A stretch of 64,000 nt of DNA from Kudoa neothunni (lineage: Eukaryota > Animalia > Cnidaria). Numbering within the stretch: position 1 is the stretch's first letter; each line of letters starts with the position of its first letter. The stretch is from positions 7,040,336-7,104,335 of the forward strand of contig OZ199840.1 of the NCBI GenBank assembly GCA_964304625.1. The letters run 5' to 3'. Both the position numbers and the translations under genes were made by a program. The notes under the pieces are model-generated. The model was not told the origin of the DNA. It made no database searches and saw only the letters and a program-made list of their open reading frames with translations. Positions 1 through 12,191 of this stretch are shown one piece after another.

Positions 1-62
1 TCTAGCTTATGAATGTATTATACGGCGAATTAAGACCATAGTCCACATCTTTTTAAGATTTC

Positions 63-573
63 ATGGGCGCATGCACTACCTGTATCCGCATTCGAGTCGA
101 AATGATGAGTTTTGTGTTGAATAGGAGTCAGCTTAATTTGAAAAGTAGTTTGAATTTTTCATCATTATCTGTAAGATATTTAGTTCTCTTCAAAGGTGTT
201 TTCAATCAAAATAATCATGTTGCTAACTTCAGTAGTATCCAAAAATTTGTTTTATCCCCTACTTTAACTTCAACACCAAAACTATACGAAATAAATATTC
301 GTACAATGATTTATAAGAGTTGGAATAAAGGTGGGTTTGATTGAAAATTTTTAAGATATTAATTTTCTATTCTCAGGAAAAAGAAAAACTGTTCCTTGCC
401 TTAAACGTAAAGTCCGAATGACTAGAAGTGGCAAATTCATGGTTCTTCCTGGAAACTATCGTAATCGTTACTTACTTCCACCACACAAAGCGCATAAAGA
501 TAGAGGATATGAAATTATTTCTTCTGGGTGGAAATACAAACGTTTAAAGATGATGATTAATTGCAAACTTTAA
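63..573 (+). CDS. 3' part of an intron-containing host gene, product unknown (weak NTR/C345C-module resemblance)
   Basis: ORF 63-330 joins in frame across a GT-AG intron (331-376) to an exon 377-573: ...YEINIRTMIYKSWNK/GKRKTVPCLKRKVRMTRSGKFMVLPG...SGWKYKRLKMMINCKL*. The 5' part is probably outside the window. Confidence 0.45.
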
Positions 574-1997
574 ATTATTTTTTCATTTTTCATACTCATG
601 TATTTTCTAGAAATAGTTGCGCATAATTTTCGTGTCCGCTAGGTAGTTAATTAGAACTTTAAGTAAAGGTAATGGCTATATCCCAGGTAATCAATATCTC
701 TTGAACTACCCGATATTGTTTGCCCATATTCCACATATCATCTAATGTTTATCTAACTTAATTTTTTGTAAATTTTTGAAAAATTAAAAAAAATTTTTTT
801 TTGTGTGACTATGACCACACAAGTCCACCAGCAGCTGGGTACGATTTTTTATTTTTTTAATATAATTTCATCAATTAACATCATTATACAAATAATAATG
901 ATTGTCTTTTTTTAAAAAATTAATATTCTTCACGTTTATGAAATAAAACTAATAATGAATTTAAATATTAGTTTAAGCGATCACTCAATAAAACAGCTTT
1001 CATATGACACATGTAGGGGATTATTCTCAAAATTAGATTTGTAGTATATGTATATAATTTTATTTCTTTTTCTTTATAATTCCGATTGCAGTTAAAAGAC
1101 TACCTCGTGGTCGACCAATCGATTTAACTTTTGAAGGAATCACTAGATCTAAACAAAATTTAACATAATTTTTTTAAGTTTAACCTTTTAATTGAGGTTC
1201 TTCTACGATGGCGTTTGATTCATCGTTCAAAAAATTTTAGTTTACTATAAATTAGATTTGCATTTGTTGTGTTTTTCATATTTTTTTAGGCAGTGGCTAT
1301 TGCAACGGGAGGAAATAACTCGAAAACTAACATGTCTATAAAAATTTTAATTTCGTTTTTATAATAAATGATTTTTTCTCCAAATAATTTCAAATTTTGG
1401 GGGAAATATAATATGGTGGAATTTTCAAGGTTGTTATTGAAAATTAAGTAACTTCATAATGTCATTTTGATTTGATAGATCGTAGGAACACTAAAAAAAA
1501 GCTTTCTAAGACAATAAACTTTCATAATTGCAAAAATTTTATGTAAATCGTATGCTTTCTATAGTATGAATTACCACGCTCAGGAGTCCGCGCCATTACG
1601 TAAGATTTAGTTAACTAGTGGTACTGGTTCTTTCGTCGGTTAACATCCCTCTGATTCGATACATGCTATTATGGAGAATTATTAACACACTAATTAAAGA
1701 TTTTTTTCTCAAAATTTATAATATGAATAATGTGTATTAATGTACAACTCATTGTATTTAAAGCTATGTCTCAATCTACGAAATAAACACGAATCTATGA
1801 TTTCGAGTTAGATTTATTTATACTATATATAGGACTTAAAAATAGATTGTTTGTTAAAGATATGGTAGTTTTTAAGGAATAATGTGTCATTTCCTTGATT
1901 CGATGTTACGTAGCAATAATTTGAGGGTAATGGGTAATAATTCTCTACATAAAAACAAAAGTATGATTATCATAATAAAATCAAGATCCTTTTAAGA

Positions 1998-2643
1998 CAG
2001 AGTTCGGCAACGACCGGCCCCCGGACCAAATTTGGCCCGGGAGCTTTCCTCATCCGGCCTGCAAGGGATGTCATTGATAAAGTTAATTTTTTTGACGGTG
2101 CTTATATAATTTCCCCAACTTTTAAATTCGATCTCTTCAACATATAGATAAGCTTAATAGCAATGTGAACTATGTTACTTAAGTATTATTCCCTTTTTTG
2201 AAACATAAAAGTGCTTAAAAAAACAAAGATTAAAATTTTTCCCCGAGTAAATTCCATACTTATTTTTACTGATTGTACGATATTAGTTTTATTGTAGCTA
2301 ATGGAAACGTTTAATTATTGCTCTTTACGTTTTAGAACAATAATTTGAATATATAAACGTTTAAATTCAGCACCAAAAATATCAGGTAAATTATGAAATT
2401 AAAAATTGTATAAAACCAGTAATTCCTTCATAAAAGTACCGAACATTCACGTTCGTTATGTTTCTTTTTCTCGTTAAGATACAAATATATTATTTTAAAT
2501 TTCAAAATATAAATTTACTAATCCAATTTTCAATTGTATTGTGAAAAATTTATTACATCTACTGGATTTAAATATATTCTGGCCTTCCTCTTAGTTTGAC
2601 ATGATTATCCGGCCCGGCAACCTAATAGGGTTGCCGGCCCCTG
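1998..2643. mobile_element. Non-autonomous hAT (Charlie/SPIN-type) MITE
   Basis: Left end CAGAGTTCGGCAAC..CGGCCC, right end GTTGCCGGCCCCTG. The last ~130 bp recur at about 17768-17900. The flanks do not give a clean 8-bp TSD. Confidence 0.6.
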
Positions 2644-2743
2644 ATCTAAAGTAATGAGTGTTGGGCGTCCTAGAGGTGCTGCGCTTACGGTTGTTGACCT
2701 TCCTAGAAAAAGAAAGTAGAATAAATAATAAAACAATTGGCAC

Positions 2744-4280
2744 GGAGAGTATTCGCCGAAAGGGGAGAACTCGTCGAACGCATATGCGCGTGCGCGTGTG
2801 TACAATTTTACAATGAGTGAAGGCGATTGTTTAAATTTAAAATATACTATGTTTAAAACCTAACGTAATAAAGATAAAATGCTGTACAACGGCTTCTTCT
2901 ATGTTAAAGATAAGATTAATAGTTCTCGACAGTATTGGAGATGCGAGACCAGAAAATGTAAGGGTAGACTTATTACATTCCCCTTAGATCAGATCACGAG
3001 CATTGAAACTAAATGTTCCCACAACCATATTGTTTCAGAGGAGGAAATAAAAAAAGTTAAATTTATGAACAAAATTAAATTATTGGCGGAGACAACTCAG
3101 TATCCAACCAACAAGGTTTTTTCTGTTGCCTCAACAACAGAAAATATAAATAATATTCCAATTGTTTCAAAAAGTACGGTGTACAAAAATATTCAGACGC
3201 GAAGAAAAAGAAATAACATAATAATTGATACCCGTGAAAATTTTGAAAATTCAATAAATACAAACAGAGGAGAGATATTTTGTCATTTTGATTCTGGCTC
3301 AGATTCAAAATCAAGAATAATTGTCTTTACAACGAATACCAACATATGCCATTTGAAAAATTCATCTGTTTAGATTGTAGATGGGACTTTCAAAGTAGTT
3401 CCCCATGAATTTCAGCAGCTATATATCATACATGGAAAGATATTTGGAAAAACATTTCCATTGATTTATGTTTTGATGACGCGAAAAAATCAGGAAGACT
3501 ACGAAAATCTACTTAAAATTTTAAAAGAAAAATTAGAATTGGAGTTACCGGAAAATGTAATAATGGACCTCGAACTCGCCCAGTATAATGCTTTTAAAAA
3601 AGCATCAAAACTAGAAAATATTTTCTTTTGCCTATTTCATTTTGGGCAATGTCTCTGGAGAAAAATTAAAAATCTGGGATTGGCTAAAGCTTATTATGAT
3701 GATCAAAATCTCAGATTATTTCTCAAATGCTTCTCCTCTCTTGCATACCCCTAGGCCATATTGAAGAAGAGTTCGAAAAATTGAAAAAAAGTCGGCAAAT
3801 TTTAAAGAAGATAAAATCGATGAATTTATCAAGTATTTTGAGAAAAACTTTTTAAAATCCAAAAAATATCCGGCGTCATCATGGAACGCGTATGCCAGAG
3901 TGAGATTCAACGTGGACTTAACTACGAATGCTGCAGAATTGTTTCATCTACATTTCGGCTCCAGGTTCGATCAATACCACTCCGGGTTAAATACTTTTAT
4001 TGAAAAATTAAAAGAAACTCAGAGCTTGGTAGAGCAGGATATAAACTTTATCATGTGTAATCCAAACGTGAGCAAAAACTCAAAATACAAACTCAAAATG
4101 GAAAAAATTAAGTCAATATTAGAAAATTACGAGGGATACTGCGAAACATTCTTTGTCGAATCAATAACTAAAGTATATAATTGGAAGCAAGGTTAATTTA
4201 ACAAAAAATTTCTCTCATTAATATTTAATTATGTTACCAAAATGTGTTTTTTTGTGAGCGTTCGGCGGGTTGTCGCCTCA
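2744..4280 (+). mobile_element. MULE/Mutator DNA transposon with pseudogenised FLYWCH + MULE transposase
   Basis: FLYWCH-like YWRC..CKGR..HNH, then *IVDGTFK (TAG where W is expected), VIMDLELA and CLFHFGQCLWRK motifs, with stops and a frameshift near 3750. Left TIR GGAGAGTATTCGCCGAAAGGGGAGAACTCGTCGAACGC partly matches 4258-4279. Confidence 0.85.
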
Positions 4281-5116
4281 CGAGTTTTATTTATGATTAT
4301 TTTCTAAATAAATATAACAAAAAAAGAGTGGTGTGTATTACACTCCAAAAATCGTTAGAAGGTGTACGTTTTTCGCATCATTAGAGGGTTAATCACCGAA
4401 CACAATATATTTTTCATTCCCGAAAAATGATATAATTTTAATGAAAGGTTTTTGATAAAAGAAAATTCCTGCCCATTGTTTAAATTGATACGATTATTAG
4501 ATATTCTCTTGTTGCAAATCGAGAAATACTGTTTCTAGCCCATGCCACATTTATTATACCTTTTTTGTTTCCTATATCATACGACATAGAATTCCTGCGG
4601 AAAATTACAATTTTGATATACCAAATTTAGCCCTTAAATGAATTCATCGTGAGAAGATTAATTTAACTTTTGTTAATGAAACTTTCGGTACATTTTATCA
4701 CCAACCTCGAGTATCTCACCGAATTGTAATTACTATTAAAAAAGTCAAAACCTTTTGTCATACCGAATTATTTGTTCTTGTTAATATATTATAAATTTTT
4801 CAATTATAGAAATCTCGCGAAAAATAATTTTCTCATGCACGAATAAAAGTTTCCACTGACACAGTTATAAAGATTAGCACCGAAGTCATTAGTATTTGTA
4901 TTATGGTAATACCCATTCGTATAATTCTATTGTTTCACGTACTGTTTCAATCTTGATAAGTTTTCAGAGAACAAAAAAGATTTTAAATAAGCCTTTTGAT
5001 GTTCGATGCGAAAAACCTGACGTCGAAGACGTATTTCATCGCGCGCAATTAAGGTTTAGATTAGGTGTTTGTTGCCTGAACGGCGTATCGGCGGTTGAAA
5101 ACTACGCACATTTTCC

Positions 5117-5473
5117 ATGAGCGACATTTACTATTCTGACAAATATTCTGACAATATCTATGAATATCGGTAATTTTATATTTTGATGTACTGGACTTAG
5201 CTGATCCTTGGCTGTGTTAGGCATGTTATTTTGCCCCAAGAGATAGCAAGAAACTTGCCAAAAGGTGTTCTCTTGGAAGAATCTGAATGGCGTAAGTTGG
5301 GTGTACAGCAATCACGTGGATGGATTCATTACATGATTCATGAACCTGGTATTAGATCCTCCAGCCATTAAATGATGACGTTATTGTGACTTTTAGAACC
5401 ACATATTTTACTTTTTAGAAGGCCGCTTCAATCTACCCAATCCAACGATAAGCAATCTTTATCCAATAGATGA
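5117..5473 (+). CDS. CKS1: Cyclin-dependent kinase regulatory subunit (Cks1/Suc1), 3 exons
   Basis: Exons 5117-5169, 5221-5348 and 5397-5473 give [24 protein letters not shown]...[35 protein letters not shown], the CKS signature. The ORF track misses it. Confidence 0.95.
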
Positions 5474-6129
5474 CTTCATTTTGAGTAACGCTTATGTTAT
5501 CCACCTTATTTTGATTATTTTATCGTTGTTTTCTGAATCTTGTGATCACTTAGCAATATAATAATTTAATTTCGTTAACTTTGAATTTTTTTCTCACAAC
5601 TTATGAATTATATTTTGCCGCTGTTCGTGATTACCGTATATACTCGAGTATAAGCCGCGGGGTCACATTTGGACTAACATATCGTGATTATGGTTGACCG
5701 GAATATAGGTCGCAGTCATAAACCAAAAATTTATTGCGTGTACATTTAGCGATTTACAAAATATATTTTAAATAAAATCTGATTATTTTAAGACAAAAAA
5801 GAAAATATTCATTATGCAAAGAGCAAATGATTATTTTTAAAAAAATTAAAAAACTATTAATATTCATTGTCGGCGTCATCATCACCCTTAGCCGACGAAA
5901 GCGCATCCTTGTCAAAAAGGCGTGCACTTTGTTCTAATGTCAAGGTACCGTCGTAAATCTCGTGCATTTCTTCTTCCGTATCGCTGTGTATTTCGTCGTC
6001 TTCCCAGAGTATATCGTCTTCAATTCCATCCATCGCATTAGAAATGACACATTTTTAGAACGATTTCCGAATTATACCCGTGTCTATGGAGAGCCAAGAA
6101 TCTTTTGCCCATTTAGTTGCCAATGCAGG

Positions 6130-6242
6130 TTATTGTGAACGCAGGAGGGAGACCACAAAGCAACAATAACAACAACAACAATAATAATTGTGTCCCCAGC
6201 TAATGATTTGTTAATCTCGTGTACTAATCTACCAACATAACA
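6130..6242. mobile_element. Short solo-LTR-like insert in the pogo ORF
   Basis: Interrupts ...GNFKRP/ALATKW.... Ends are (G)TTAT...ATAACA, flanked by a CAG(G) duplication. Confidence 0.45.
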
Positions 6243-6715
6243 CAGGCCTCTTAAAATTTCCTGATGCTGTTTTCCGCCAATCCGTCTGACATTCGTTTGA
6301 TTCATTGGTCGTGTACTTTACATTTGAACGGAAAAGTTGAAGAAACATCTAAAGGTTGTAATATTGAAGTTAAGCCCCAAGGAATAACAGCATTATCTGT
6401 TTTATAGTAGTTTTGGACACGTTGTTTGACATCATCAACGAGATGAGCTCGGAGCATATCCCAAACTAACAAACTTGGTTTTTTATCCAAATTATCTCCT
6501 GGGCGACGAGACCATACCTTTTCCATCCAAATATGAAGTCCTTCTACATCCATCCTTTCTCGTGAACATGAATAACGCGACAGTAAAGTGGGTTTTTTCG
6601 TGACCAGTTGTTCTAACCGTCACGGTTTTGATTCCTATATTATCAACTGTCCGGTTACCAGAAGCATCAAAAAACATAGGTGTTTCGTCCATGTTTCCAA
6701 TTCGACTAAGATCAT

Positions 6716-6946
6716 TGTAACGCGAACGAGAAGGCAGAATTAATGGACAACAATAATGAGGGTATTACGACTACTAATTATCTATGATGACGTCACAATC
6801 ATAATTTATCTTTTTCCTTATATTCATAACATATTTATGTGTAAGACAGCGAAAGAAGACACAATTTGAGACAAGACAACAGGATTAACAAATCAACAAA
6901 TATTTAATACCGTTATTGTAAACATATTTATTTGTTAATCCTTACA
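6716..6946. mobile_element. Solo-LTR-like insert (TGTAA...TTACA) in the pogo ORF
   Basis: 231 bp with 5-bp inverted termini, placed between ...ITNFH and NDLSRIGNMDETP. The TSD is imperfect (TCAT/TTAT). Confidence 0.55.
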
Positions 6947-7456
6947 TTATGAAAGTTGGTAATCTTGTTTTCTAAATTGGACGGAAGTTTTTCGCACATT
7001 TTGGTTCTTTGGTTAAGAGCTAAACCATGTCTGTTCATTAGACGCGTACACCATCCAGTCGATGCTTTAAAGTTTGATTCCTTTATAATATCTTTGGAAT
7101 TTAATCGAATCGCTCTGCGCGTCACTACGTATCCGCTTTGTCTCATTTCATTTATCCACCTGTTTAACTCTTCCTCATCGCAGGTAAATTTTGACGTCTT
7201 TCCCATATTGGTTATTTTTGAAACTGGCATTTCTTCCATCTGCAGAACAGATTTTCTCCAATCGCGTACCTTCTTTTCGCTAACTCTATTTTTGTTAGCC
7301 GCAAGTCGATTGTTGTCACATTCGATAGCATATTTTGAAACTTTTAATTTGAATTTGGCGTCATAGCGATGTCTTTTTTTTTGATGGAACTCATTATCCA
7401 AACATAAATGAAATACATATTAAATATCAACAAAACAATTCCGTCATTTTAATTAA

Positions 7457-9730
7457 CCCTTTAAGACCGAATGGTGCCATATGGCACCATGGCGTTGTTT
7501 TGGAAATTTCTTGGTGTGTATCAGTGTTTCTGAATATATATATCTTATATGGGCATTATTAATTGTCACTTTATTTTATCAAAAAAACAAATAACAGTAT
7601 TTATTATTTTTTTATAAATAAAAATGCAAATTAAATCGATATTTTTTTTGTATAATAAACAGGTGATGTTTGATTGATTGAATCATATTCTTAAAATCAC
7701 TATATTTTCATAAAAAAATATGTATTGGAAATTATATAAAATTTTAAAAAAATGTATATCACCGTTATTAATTCGTAAATGTCGAGGTGTACAGTGAATG
7801 ATTAATTCGTGGTGCCATATGGCACCATTCGGCGCCCACGTTGTTGTGTCGGATTAACATTATCGTGGACTCTGGATTTGGTGAAAAAGATTAATGATAA
7901 TGGGGATATTGTTGAGGAGTTAATATTACTACCTGATGCCGATATATCTGATGATGAAATCAAAAATCTGAAACTCGATATTCTCTCGGATACTAATTTT
8001 AACACGTAGGATCATAACGACCATCAATCACGATTTATAAAAAACTCATTAAACATGGTTGATGAAAGCGTCCTCATAAATAAGAAACTCAAAAAGGAAA
8101 ATACTTTGGATCCTTATTCATATTTTAATATGTTCTTTTCCGACAAATTGATTGAGTTAATTTGTAAAGAGACTAATAAGTATTCCATAGACAAAAATTC
8201 GTCGTTTCGAACTACCGTAAACGAAATAAAGTTGTTCATTGGAATGCTTATAAGAATGGCCATTATTAAACTACCTAGAATAAGGAGCTATTGGAGTGCT
8301 GAACTCAACATAACAATTATAGCTGAGAAAATGTCGAGAGACCGCATCGCATCATGGATATGCAAAAATCCATTCATTTTTGCGATAACAATGATATTGT
8401 TAAATCCTGTACCCACAGGGATTATAATCGATTTTTTAAAGTGACGCCCCCACTAGACATCATTCGAGAGGCCTGTTTGAAAATTGAACCAGACTATAAT
8501 CAATGCGTGGATGAGCAGATGATTCCATTTAAAGGTAAGTCCGGTCTCAAACGATATCTACCATCCAAATCTACAAAATGGGGGTTCAAGGTATTTACAA
8601 GAAATGGGTCTGGTGGTATTGTCCACGACTTTTTTTTGAAGATGGCAATTTTACTTATGATGGCGAAAGCTCTTGTTTTCGATCCTCCGACATCGTTTTA
8701 AAATTGGCCCAGTCTATTGAAAAAGGAAACACACCATCTATATTTTGCTAATCATTTTTCAACGCTCCCGCTGCATTCGATTCTACTCAAAATGGGTCAT
8801 GATTCCACGAGTACGATGAGAAGAAATCGCCTCCATAATTGTCCTATCAGTGATGATAAGACCTCTAAAAAATTGAAAAGGGGCAGTTACGAATACGCGC
8901 TATATGTAGATAATTGTAGTAATCCCCCAATCAACCGAGGCTGGGCTCCGCGCTAGCCCACTACATTAGTGGGCGGAAATCCCCTAGACAATAACAATCA
9001 GGGTGATCACCATAGCTTCGTTTACTATAATAACTTAGCTGTACTATTCTTTAACATTGATTGTTTCCTCGCGCAAATACAACAATAATGATTCAAAAAC
9101 TAACATTGTGCGTTGGTTAGACAGCTCCGTCGTAAATGTGACATCGACAGCTCACTCTATTTCTCCTATGAGCACTATCGACAGATACGATCGAAAAGAG
9201 AAAAAAGTTGTAAAAATCGATTGGACCATAAATCCCAAAAATGGTATAAGAGGGTATTTTTGTGGGCCATTAATTTGTGTATCCTTAACGGATGGTTTGT
9301 CTACAAACGCTAATGCCTGCCAAAAATATTCGCTGTTTAATGGATTTTAGCGTTTCGGTGAGCGAGCAATTGTTGCATGTGCATCAGGTAGTAAATATGA
9401 TGAGAAAAAGAGGTAGGTAGGCCGTTCACATCCGATTTTGTTACTACACCAATTCCAATGATAGCTAGTGTCTATAATTTTTCTGAGTCAAAGGTAAGTA
9501 AAAATGTACGATTTGCCCAAATCTCTCATTTCCTAGAATGCACAACGGCCAAAGTAAGATGTAAATTTTGTGGACTGCATCCCAGAACAATGTATCAAAT
9601 GCGATGTCCGCTTATGCTTAAATATAAATAGAAACTGCTTTTTAGATTATCATACAAAAAAATAAATTTTTTTATTACGTTTATATGTTATACGTGTATT
9701 TTTTGGGAACGACAAAGTTTTTTTTAATTT
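7457..9730 (+). mobile_element. piggyBac family A, copy 1 (3'-truncated, pseudogenised)
   Basis: TTAA then CCCTTTAAGACC TIR. Motifs VDEQMIPFKG, KWGFKVF, RWLDS and a Cys-rich C-terminus. Closely similar to 36100-38411. Confidence 0.9.
8915..9084. mobile_element. Solo LTR (170 bp) inside piggyBac copy 1
   Basis: TGTAG...CAACA with a perfect 5-bp TSD ATAAT (8910-8914, 9085-9089). It is absent from the paralogous site in copy 2 near 37000. Confidence 0.8.
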
Positions 9731-9792
9731 TCTTAAACATTATGCCTCATATTCGAATATTAAATGTAATTATAATAATGTTCTTATTATTA

Positions 9793-11639
9793 CAGTCGAG
9801 ATTGGATATTGCGTGATTCGGTATTGCGTAATTTAAGATTTTCGATATGAAGATATTTACATTGGGACTTAATTTTAGAGCTATATCATTATTTTATTTA
9901 TTGAATTAATTATATAGAATAAAAATAAAAAAATATTTTTTCTACGTGCCTCTGATTTAGTATTGCGTAACGTAAATTACCAACGTGACTTGATATTGCG
10001 TGATTTCATCTTCAATATATCCAGGGAGCAGCGTGAAATTTCTGAGACAATTAGAATGATACAATATTACAATTCAATAAAATCAATAAAGGGCGCAAAG
10101 AAAATGACGGTTGAAAAGTTTAAACTTAATGGTATGATTATTTTTAATCGATAACAATTTATTTTTTAAAGAACATTCAACGCTTGACAGAATTCTTTCT
10201 CATGAAACCAAGCTGAAAAATTCAGATGTTGCAGGAAATAGGAAGAGGCATTCAAATGGAAGATTTATCAACATAGACGAAGAAGTTTATCAATGGTTTA
10301 TCAAAAAACGCACCAATGGTCACATTATTTCTGGTGACGTAATACTTGAAATAGCCACCATAATTGCCAGAAAGAATGAAGTTCAAAATTTTAAAGCAAG
10401 CAGGGGTTGGCTGGCGGGGTTTAAAAAAGGTTTGGAATCATTTTCATGGTGAAGTTGCGAGCGCTAACGTCGCGTCTATTGATTCGTGGATCTACGAAAA
10501 TAAAAATTTGATAAGCATATACAGCCCAAAAAATATAATCAATATTGACGAAACTGGTTTGTTTGATGAGAAATTACAGAACAGTAGTTATTTATTAAAA
10601 GAAGAAAATGACATTAAAGGTAAAAAGCTATCGAAAAAAAGAATAACGATCTTGGTATCGTGCTCTTTAAGCGGAGAAAAGTTGCCCTTAGTCGTAATTG
10701 GGAAATACCAAAACCCCAGGTGCTTCAAGGGGGTAAAAAATTTACCTTATGAGTATTATGCCCAAAGATATCACTTGCTTTAGTAATATAAAGTTTTTCT
10801 TCTTACCTAAAAATACTACAAGTGTTTTACAGCCACTCGATCTCGGAGTTATTAATTGTCTTAAAAGTAGATATAAAAAAATATTGTGTAGCCATATGGC
10901 ATTATGTGATGATTCGTTAAATAATAAATTTACATTACTTAATGCAATTTTGACACTCCAAGAAGCATGGAACAGTATTCCACCTGAAATTATTGTCAAC
11001 TATTTTAAAAAGTCGGGCATATTTAGCGAAAGTAAAAGCTAATGCGAACTTCAAAAATTAATCCATTATCATAGGAGATACAGAGACGGAAACAAACGAT
11101 AAAATTTTCGAAGATGAACAGAGTATAAATATACAATAAAATTTTAACATTTTATAGTCGAGGAGGAAACATGGGAGACCAACTTTGATGATGATAACGG
11201 CGATGTCTTATATCAACAGTGAATCCAATTCAGAATGAAATCGAATCTGATGAGGAAGAACCAAAAGTTCCAATAAAAGATATAAAGCATGCCGTAAGTA
11301 CATTAAGGAAGGTGTTTATTCAGGAAGATCCATCTGGACTCATCGATCTTTATCCGATAATGGATCGAATTTTAAAAATATCATCTCAAAGATGGCACCA
11401 AACTAAAATTACTTCATTTTTTCATAAAAATTAATAATTTTGTCTGGTTGAGTTAAATAAAATTCCTTATATTTATTTTATTTCACTAGCAATGATTTAA
11501 AGTAGGATAAACGCACAAAACAAGTTTAAATCGAATATTTTTACAAGTGCGCATGTGCATGCCTCTATATTGCGTAAAACCTTTTTATTGCGTAGTTTTT
11601 CCTTTGTCCCAAAAATTACGCAATATCGAATCTCGACTG
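9793..11639 (+). mobile_element. Tigger/pogo transposon with both ends, degenerate transposase
   Basis: TA-CAGTCGAGATTGGATATTGCGT ... ACGCAATATCGAATCTCGACTG-TA. Motifs NIDETGLF, KKRITILV, GKYQNPRCFK, FLPKNTTSVLQPLDLGVI and C-terminal QTKITSFF. Confidence 0.9.
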
Positions 11640-12191
11640 TATATAGTTTCAGCTATTTTTATAATCTAACAAAAATTATCTTAATTTTAATTTCGACGAT
11701 CAAAATTGTTAAAAGTATGATGATTTAACAAATTTTTTAACTTAATTACTTCTATAAATTAACTGAAAATAATTATGGGTTTTTTTAACGATATTAAAAA
11801 AGTTTTAGTACAGAATATTCCTGATGTCGTGTGAAGCTAAATAATTTGCATTAAAAACTTATATTCTCACGTTATTCATAACTAACGATGACTTTTGAAA
11901 CTAAACTGCGTCCCTAGTTTAGAGAAATTCAGGGCTAAGGAGATTGTAATATACTTTTATCAATAGATAATTATTTTTAATTAACCCAATTTCAATATAA
12001 TTTCCGCTACATAAGCATTACTTTAATATTATTTCAGTTGTTAAATTTTTCTAAATTTATTTTAAGTATCCATTTCTGTGAGCAATTATAATACTACAAA
12101 ATTAACTAAAAATTGCCAATAAAGCGATAATCAAGCACAAAAATTGTTCAACTAATAACCACTATGTTAAAAATTTGATATAATTGACAGT

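Larger units (their letters stand above)
5634..7450 (-). mobile_element. pogo/Tc2-like transposon (Brinker-type DBD + CENP-B HTH + DDE_1), pseudogenised
   Basis: Motifs RYDAKFKLKV, FKASTGWCTR, NMDETP, LLVWD..RAH, LQPLDVS. TA followed by TIR CCGTATATACTCGAGTATAAGCCG at 5634. The other end is cut by the piggyBac at 7457. Two short inserts interrupt the ORF. Confidence 0.85.

Noticed and set aside
3371-3373. In-frame stops in transposases suggesting an alternative genetic code
   Set aside because: Host genes translate cleanly with the standard code, and the TEs also carry frameshifts, so this is ordinary decay.
4470-4916. Minus-strand signal-peptide-like start MGITIIQILMTSVLIFITVSVET
   Set aside because: It could not be spliced into a convincing open frame; left uncalled.
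5349-5396. Box C motif ATGATGA in CKS1 intron 2
   Set aside because: The intron is 48 nt and has no downstream CTGA box D, too small for a snoRNA.
6956-7366. Antisense ORFs over transposases (also 33825-34283, 36698-37048, 52211-52444 and others)
   Set aside because: Shadow ORFs of the real transposase frames.
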